The notes under the pieces: model-generated | Database searches by the model: none | What the model saw: only the letters and a program-made list of their open reading frames with translations | Told to the model about the DNA's origin: nothing | Translations under genes and position numbers: made by a program | DNA from: Tubiluchus corallicola | Taxonomy: Eukaryota > Animalia > Priapulida | Length of the DNA: 64,000 nt | NCBI GenBank assembly: GCA_030141605.1 | Contig: JAQGDQ010002378.1 | Span: 248,001 to 312,000, forward strand | Reading direction: 5' to 3' | Shown: one piece after another, positions 57,330 to 64,000 of the stretch | Numbering within the stretch: position 1 is the first letter of the stretch | Layout: every line of letters begins with the position of its first letter

Positions 57330-58286
57330 ATTAGCAGTTTCTTAAGACGAGTTAACATAGATATGATGTACATGAACAAGCAAACATTTTTGGCATTGAA
57401 ATTAAAAATACAAAAAAATCAGGATAGTGCACAGATACTCGCTCTCACCACTTCAACTTCCAATCAAGAGAAAACGATTTAAAGTGTCAGAAAGGTATCG
57501 AACAGTTTTTTAAAGTCAGTAATGATTTAACTTAATGGATAAAAGATATTTTTTGAAAATTTGAATTTTTCGTTTAATTCACATTAGAATCTCCAAATTC
57601 TGTATTCGTATTTAAAACTTGGTATTGTTCATAATATGCGCATCTATTTTTACGGCAAACGGTTTACTGCGAAGCTTGCTCACCAATTTACAGGTTTACA
57701 AATAATTATTGGGTTTAGTCCTACTCTGCTTAGTTGCATACATCTCAAGGGCACGCACTGACTAATTTGTAACTAGTACTATAATTCCACACATTAGTTT
57801 ACCTAGAGTAAACTCATCTCCTAAGTAATTGTTGCTCTTTCTCATAGTTACTTTTTCTCATAAATTTTTCTATATTACACTTTTTATGCTTATTTTTTTC
57901 TTTCCGTACTCTCAGTTTTTAACTTTACTCACTAACCTTGGCCAAATTCCCCTGTTAATAAGACCCCATTTGAAACTACTACATATAATAATCCTAATTA
58001 CTGAATAATTGTATTGTTTTGTTTAGATCTAACTTTATTATTTTTTGTTTTCAGTTCTTTTTGAATAATTTGTATCATTTATACTGTTTTTATTATTATT
58101 TTTTTCTTATTTGTTTTTGTTTTTGTTATCTGCAGCATCACCGTTAATTTTTAATGTCTTAATCTATTTATAAGAAATGGCAGGAGACTAGAAGACCCTA
58201 CGGTCCTTCCCTGCCCTGCTCCATGATTATAATTACTTAATATTTAAAAAACGTTTGATGTTAAACTAATTGGAGAAAATAAATGT

Positions 58287-58410
58287 TCTATGTCTATGTC
58301 TATGTCTATGTCTATGTCTATGTCTATGTCTATGTCTATGTCTATGTCTATGTCTATGTCTATGTCTATGTCTATGTCTATGTCTATGTCTATGTCTATG
58401 TCTATGTCTA
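58287..58410. repeat. (TGTCTA)n microsatellite
   Basis: Directly visible. Confidence 0.95.
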
Positions 58411-59459
58411 GACACATTAGACATTAGTTTTGTCAACGAGATGCTTATAAGGGACTGAAGAGTCGAACCCAATACCTTCTACACCGCAAAGAGACGTAAC
58501 TTTTAAGAATGGGCATTGGGTTGTCCAGAAAGTCCTATTGAATGAAGCATGTTAAGTGAACAAATAATACTGCAAAATCTCATAGTGAATAACAGCAGCA
58601 AAGCATCAGCACAACGTAACCACAGTCAAGTACTTATTTAAACAGTGAACATTGGAGGAATCGAACTCAATTCACAACTGCTATTAATTAGAGTAATATT
58701 AATTAGAATTCGTAAGTTTAAAACAAATGTCAAAAAGTTGCTATCATGTTCGTTGTTGCTAAGTTGCACAAGTTGCTAACACGTATAACCGAGCTTGTTA
58801 AAACACGTAGTCGTCATTAAATATTTTGCTTTTTCGATATCATTAGAGGTACAAATGTATATGGGTTGATGTAATATAGCGAAAAAAGACATAATAATTG
58901 AAAGGTTTGCAAAGTAACTGTGTATTCAAGTAAGACGGGTGGCCGGAAATGATGTAGTAGAAACACTGCATTTTTCTAATAAAAATTTATTGAAACTTGT
59001 TATACAATGATCTGTCTATGAAACGGATATTTTTCTGTAATAAACAATTTAAATCTTTATTAAGTTTACAGATACATATGATTATTTTTTAGAAAATACA
59101 ACGAATTATCATTTCCTGAAACACAACGTACGTAATATGTCTAATTGAGGAGTCACTTATAAATTGTCATAAACCAATTCGTCATTATACTGAAGTTTCG
59201 ATAATTTATACTAAAGTTTTGGTGTCCACGTTTGCCTAACACATAAAAATAGAAAAAAACGAACAACTAACCCGTGTTTCTTGCTGGAAACCTTTAAACA
59301 TTAACACAGCGTTATTGTCTATAAATGTAGGGCTTAATATCCTGTATATACGCTAACGATGGTAATTTTCCGCCCAGAAACTAGTGCATTTTCCTGAAAT
59401 TGGCACCCAGTTTTTACGCCATGACCGCTATCATTTGGAGGACGTTTCTAATTGGCCTC

Positions 59460-59497
59460 TATAAATGCTTTCCACATTTTCCCGACTGCCACAGTTG
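59460..59497 (+). promoter_or_regulatory. TATA box and initiator of the Tyr/His-rich gene
   Basis: TATAAA at 59460-59465 with ACAGTTG about 30 nt downstream, then a short exon ending at a GTAAGT donor (59550). Confidence 0.65.
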
Positions 59498-59547
59498 TCA
59501 AATTGTTCCACAATCGCAGGCCTACGGTCAGAGAGCAAAACTTCAAA

Positions 59548-61879
59548 ATGTAAGTGCGAGTAACTGTTTTTTTATTTCAAAACTTGATGTAAACGTTTGA
59601 ATGATTTTGATAAATCTGTAAAAAGTCATTTAGTTGCTAGCTTTATAAATTAACGATGCACAGAGTCCTATTCATTTTCTGAAAATGTTTTTTATTAGCA
59701 AGTTTAAAATTTTTGATCAGCAGTCTAGTCTAATTTGCTCAATTCAGCAGTCAGCATAAATAATCAATTTAAAAAAAAATGTGCAAACGTTTGATTTGAA
59801 GTTTAAAACTACAAAAATAGTATCGAAATAACAGCTTGTAATTGAAATATTCTATAAAAGGATTACAATAATGTTATCTAATAATATTATCTTCTTGTTA
59901 ATAATGAAATGTAAATTTATTTGTAAAATTTGCAAATTATAGTGCGAACTTAGTACTGAAGCGCACAACAAGCTTTTGACGTATTTTTACATCCACGTTT
60001 GTGCAATTTTCTTTAAAAAAGTGGATACTTATGCTCATTACTGATTTCAAAGCTTATTCAATTAATTGATTTTTTAAATAAACATGTTAAAAAGATGCGA
60101 AAATTCAGAATTAGGACCACGTTCTTAAACTGTAAATCTAAATTTTGCAAAAGTTTTTGTTTCAAATTTTAAGTTGAATTTAGACCCATGCTTGTAAGAG
60201 TTGGGAACTTTATCATCTGGCAAATACCAGTTCCGGGTAGTTATAATGTTGATGTTGCTTGTTGCTGATGCTACCGTCGTTGTTACTGTTAATCATGCTA
60301 CTGTTGTTGTAATTATTGTTGTAGTTTTAGTAGCAGTAGCAGTAATAGTAATGTAGTTGTAGAAGTAATTGTTGTTGTTGTTGTCGTTGTTGCTATTGCT
60401 GTTGCTGCTGCTGCTGTTTTGATGATGATAATGACGAATGATGAATGCAACTACGATGAAGACGACGGCGATGATCATGATGATGATACACTTCTTACCT
60501 GTGCACTTAACACAAGGCTAATGCAAATTTTCGTTGCAGGGATACGATTCTTGTTGCCGTTCTAGCCGTTGCTGTACTTAGCATGGTAAGCGCCAGTGGG
60601 CCATCGTACCGGAACGATGTGGCGTTTGCTCCCGGAGGTGCTGTTCCACACGGCTATAAGGGCAACACAGCAGCCTATCACAAAGTAGCACCAGCTCCAA
60701 AAACTTATTTTCACACCACAACGTACGGACCGGTGAGCAAAGGCAAGTTGGAAGGAGATGGGCAGAAAAGTAGCGAAACCTCATTTTCTCGCTCTGGTCG
60801 GGCTCACGGAACTTTGACTAGTCAAGATAAATCCTACGCGAAGGAGACCTCAGCAAAATCTAGAGGTTACGACTACGATTACAAGTAAGCATACAGACAA
60901 AACTAAACAAAACTAAACTAAAGTTATAATTCAAAACGGCTGAAACTTATTATATTGTTTTGCAATTTAACAAGCGCCAAAAAGTAACAAATTGTTTTGA
61001 TAGTAATTATCTGGCAAATTATATGAACAACATTGTCTGAAATCAAGTGTTACTGAAATCATACTTAGTTTGTTTGCTTTTAAAACAGCTGTTCACTTGT
61101 TTAAATTCACTTGATCGTGATTATTAAATTTCTTGTTTAACGATGGATAACGCAATCATGCCTAAAACCAGTTTGTAAGGTTCGCAGTGGGCACAGAACA
61201 CTGATTAATTAACTTATTCGTTAATAGATGTCACTACAGTGCACTTCGTAAAATTATTAAATTTATTAAAACAGAAGCTATGTTAATATATTTTTAACCA
61301 ATTACCAAAATATCAGTAAAGTAAGTTATGACTTTATTAGAAGTTAAATCGTAGACATACGAAAATTTTTCAGTAGAAACCGCTTTTTATTTCTCTTTTA
61401 CTATAAAAATATTTTAACGAAATATTTTACTATAAAGAATAACAAGTTTATTTAAACACCCAACTGCAGCGATTGCATGTGTATTTTAGTCACGTGGTCT
61501 CGCTTGAATTTTAACTCTTTTTTTGAAATGCATCTATTGCTACACCGAGTATATACATCGGGGTTAATATAGTTTAATTAACAAGTCGATGAACATAATT
61601 AAATGCTTTGCTTCTTGTCCTAGGGAAGGCCATGAATATTATCAACCAGAAACGTTATACAAGTACGACATAGTTCGACCAATATTAAGCCATTCTTACG
61701 ACGGCTACGGCTACGATTATCCATCAACGAAAACTTATCACAATGGCGGATATGCTAACGACGATTACAGCTACGGCCATCCCAGTAAATACCGACAGCA
61801 TGGATATTCAACGAGTCCGATTCGCCATGATAACACTTTACATCGTCCAGTAGGTGGCCAACGATGTTATTGTTATTAA
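59548..61879 (+). CDS. Secreted Tyr/His/Gly/Ser-rich protein, about 200 aa; exons 59548-59549 (AT), 60540-60884, 61624-61879
   Basis: AT|G forms the start codon, giving MDTILVAVLAVAVLSMVSA-SGPSYRND..GYDYDYK|EGHEYY..YDGYGYDY..GGQRCYCY*. The phase-2 junction AA|G matches both ORF frames. Confidence 0.82.
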
Positions 61880-63080
61880 GTTAAATTCAGGGCATGCATG
61901 AAGCATTACTTACTTCCGGTTATCAAAAAATTGCAATGTTAAATTTTACTGTTGGATTAAGTCCTTAGAATTAGTTTTGTATATAGATTTATTACAAATA
62001 TATAAAAACGGCCTTAAAATGTCACAATTGCGATAACAACATGTAGTTTTTGTACAAATAATAAAAATTATCATAATACTCAACGATTTTGCATTATAGC
62101 TTTATTAATAAAACTGAATTACAAAAATTACGCTATTGGGCATAATTTTTATTCATTTTTACAGTGTACTCCAATCTTAATGTCATTTTGCTCGCTTTAG
62201 AATGTGCATAATTCAAAATCAATTTTATGCAAAAATAATAACAATACTATTAACAAGGATAACAACAACGGTATGCAAAAGATGCATTCTGTCTTAACAA
62301 TAAACGACAAAACATCAACAACAAAGTGAACGTTGCTATAACAACATAACATTAATTTCATGCACAAAAATTCTTTTTATTTAAATTTTGAACTTACGCG
62401 TAATTTAAATTGTATTAGGAATTATAAACTGAAATCATTATAATCAATAAGTTAACGATGCCCAAATTTTGGCACGAATATACAGATAATAATGTTGAGA
62501 AAATCACTTGTTTTTAAAATCAGTTTGAGGAATAAAGTAATCGAAACAGAACCAGCTAATGAAGGAAAAAAACCAGATTATAGCTCTGTAGCTTTGGCCT
62601 AAATCAACTACTAGCAACATAAATACTATCACTAAAACATACTGTAAATAAAGCTATAGAACTACACTAAAGCTTCTACTAGTAACTTTGGAAAAAATAT
62701 ACTTTTGCCGGCAGTAGCAGGTCTAGTTGTTTTGGGCATAAGCAGCAAGAGTACCGAGCACCAAAGTCTTAAACGAAAGGCTAAGGAAGTTCTGCTCAGC
62801 TACAAAACAAGTGTTTCCTTTTAAAAAAAATATTACCTCAAGTAATAAAACCTGATCGATGATGTTCAAAAAGGCAGAAATGAAATTATCAGTTTTCCGC
62901 TGTTGCAATTCGGTTGCTGCTTTAGTCAATTACATTTATTTCCAATGATCTAGGTAATAAAAAGATACTGCTAAGCATTACTAGGACACTATTCCTCCCA
63001 CTTTTGAAAAGGGATTAAACATGGTCACAGGTAAACAGCAAGGACTGGCACACAAAAACAAATTAGTCTACTGCTACATA

Positions 63081-64000
63081 TCACGACTCTTCTCCACATT
63101 TACATATTACGGATGTATCAACATTTTCCTTATCATCACACATGTATTTGAATGGATGAAAGACTGTTCCCTCCGGGCAGTTCATTGGAACACGCATTTC
63201 ATTGGGTGTGTTCTGCCACAGACATAGATAGTACTTGCGACAGTTTATTGGATTTGCCATTACCATGTGCGAATGTCCGGAGCAAGAGGGACCTGGTCCT
63301 TTCACCTCACATTGCGTACTTTCTGTAGCCATTCCCACAGCGCCGTTTCTTCCAGAAGCAGATGAACCGGAATCCGAAAGTTTTGTTTCCTCCAATTCTG
63401 GATTATATGGCCTCTGCTCTTCCTGGGCAACTACTGGGCCAAGGCTTTCGCCCCCATGAGTATTACTGGGATATGTCTCGTGTCCAACAGTACCAGGTAA
63501 TTCATAATCGTTGTAAGTATTACGTGGATATTGTTCATAGGATTGATTTGTAGGATACCCTTCATAAGAATAAGCTGTATGGTGTGGAAATGGAATACCA
63601 ACTGTGGAAACATGTGATGGATACGTATCATAGTGGCCTGGATAGCTTTCATATGCATCGTGTCCATGTTCAGGGTATGTTTCATGAGGATGCACTTCAT
63701 AGTGTCCATGTTCAGGGTACGTTTCATGAGGATGCACTTCATAGTGTCCATGTTCAGGGTACGTTTCATGAGGATGCACTTCATAGTGTCCATGTTCAGG
63801 GTACGTTTCATGAGGATGCACTTCATAGTGTCCATGTTCAGGGTACGTTTCATGAGGATGCACTTCATAGTGTCCATATTCAGGGTACGTTTCATGAGGA
63901 TGCACTTCATAGTGTCCATATTCAGGATACGTTTCATGAGGATGCACTTCATAGTGTCCATGTTCAGGGTACGTTTCATGAGGATGCACTTCATAGTGTC
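63081..64000 (-). CDS. His/Glu/Tyr-repeat protein with C-terminal chitin-binding type-2 (peritrophin-A/CBM14) domain; 5' end beyond the window
   Basis: At least 8 x HPHETYPEHGHYEV, then a Tyr/Pro/Thr linker, then C-x13-C-x5-C-x14-C-x12-C-x11-C with NCRKYYLC and CPEGTVF motifs; stop at 63083-63081. Confidence 0.88.
   Translation of the reverse strand, partial: HYEVHPHETYPEHGHYEVHPHETYPEYGHYEVHPHETYPEYGHYEVHPHETYPEHGHYEVHPHETYPEHGHYEVHPHETYPEHGHYEVHPHETYPEHGHYEVHPHETYPEHGHDAYESYPGHYDTYPSHVSTVGIPFPHHTAYSYEGYPTNQSYEQYPRNTYNDYELPGTVGHETYPSNTHGGESLGPVVAQEEQRPYNPELEETKLSDSGSSASGRNGAVGMATESTQCEVKGPGPSCSGHSHMVMANPINCRKYYLCLWQNTPNEMRVPMNCPEGTVFHPFKYMCDDKENVDTSVICKCGEES
63661..64000 (-). repeat. 42-bp coding tandem repeat (14 aa), at least 8 copies
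   Basis: Period of 42 bp, near-identical copies. Confidence 0.95.

Larger units (their letters stand above)
52200..57460 (-). repeat. 5S rDNA tandem array block 2 (units of about 820-960 bp, interrupted by a BEL/Pao element)
   Basis: Repeated spacer plus 5S; the copies at 56388 and 57211 are 823 bp apart. Confidence 0.9.

Noticed and set aside
63431-63994. MKCILMKRTLNMDT repeat ORF
   Set aside because: Alternate frame of the 42-bp repeat; it does not connect to the chitin-binding domain.

Overview
AT-rich, microsatellite-dense animal genomic DNA. It is probably from an invertebrate; the 5S rRNA type looks lophotrochozoan, which is an inference. From left to right: (1) the last five coding exons of a Wnt8 gene (+, 1626-5758). 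(2) Three six-exon clan-2 cytochrome P450 paralogs with identical intron positions: CYP-A (-, 10941-18973, intact, but its exon-5 splice donor is tandemly multiplied seven times), CYP-B (-, 22682-30045, exon 3 broken, likely null) and CYP-C (+, 30385-40925, intact, head-to-head with CYP-B across 339 bp). (3) Two blocks of a 5S rDNA tandem array (about 42.4-44.0 kb and 52.2-57.5 kb). Their spacers carry a decayed second 5S copy, and a truncated BEL/Pao LTR element sits in one spacer. (4) An orphan C-type lectin last exon. (5) A cluster of three low-complexity structural-type protein genes: a secreted Gly/Tyr/Arg protein, a secreted Tyr/His protein whose ATG is split by an intron, and a His/Glu-repeat protein with a chitin-binding type-2 domain that runs off the window. 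Together these three may be a toolkit for building a sclerotised chitinous structure. Many DNA-transposon remnants (hAT, Harbinger, Tc1), LINE fragments and mini/microsatellites fill the introns. All exon boundaries were read by hand from GT/AG sites and reading frames; no database searches were run.
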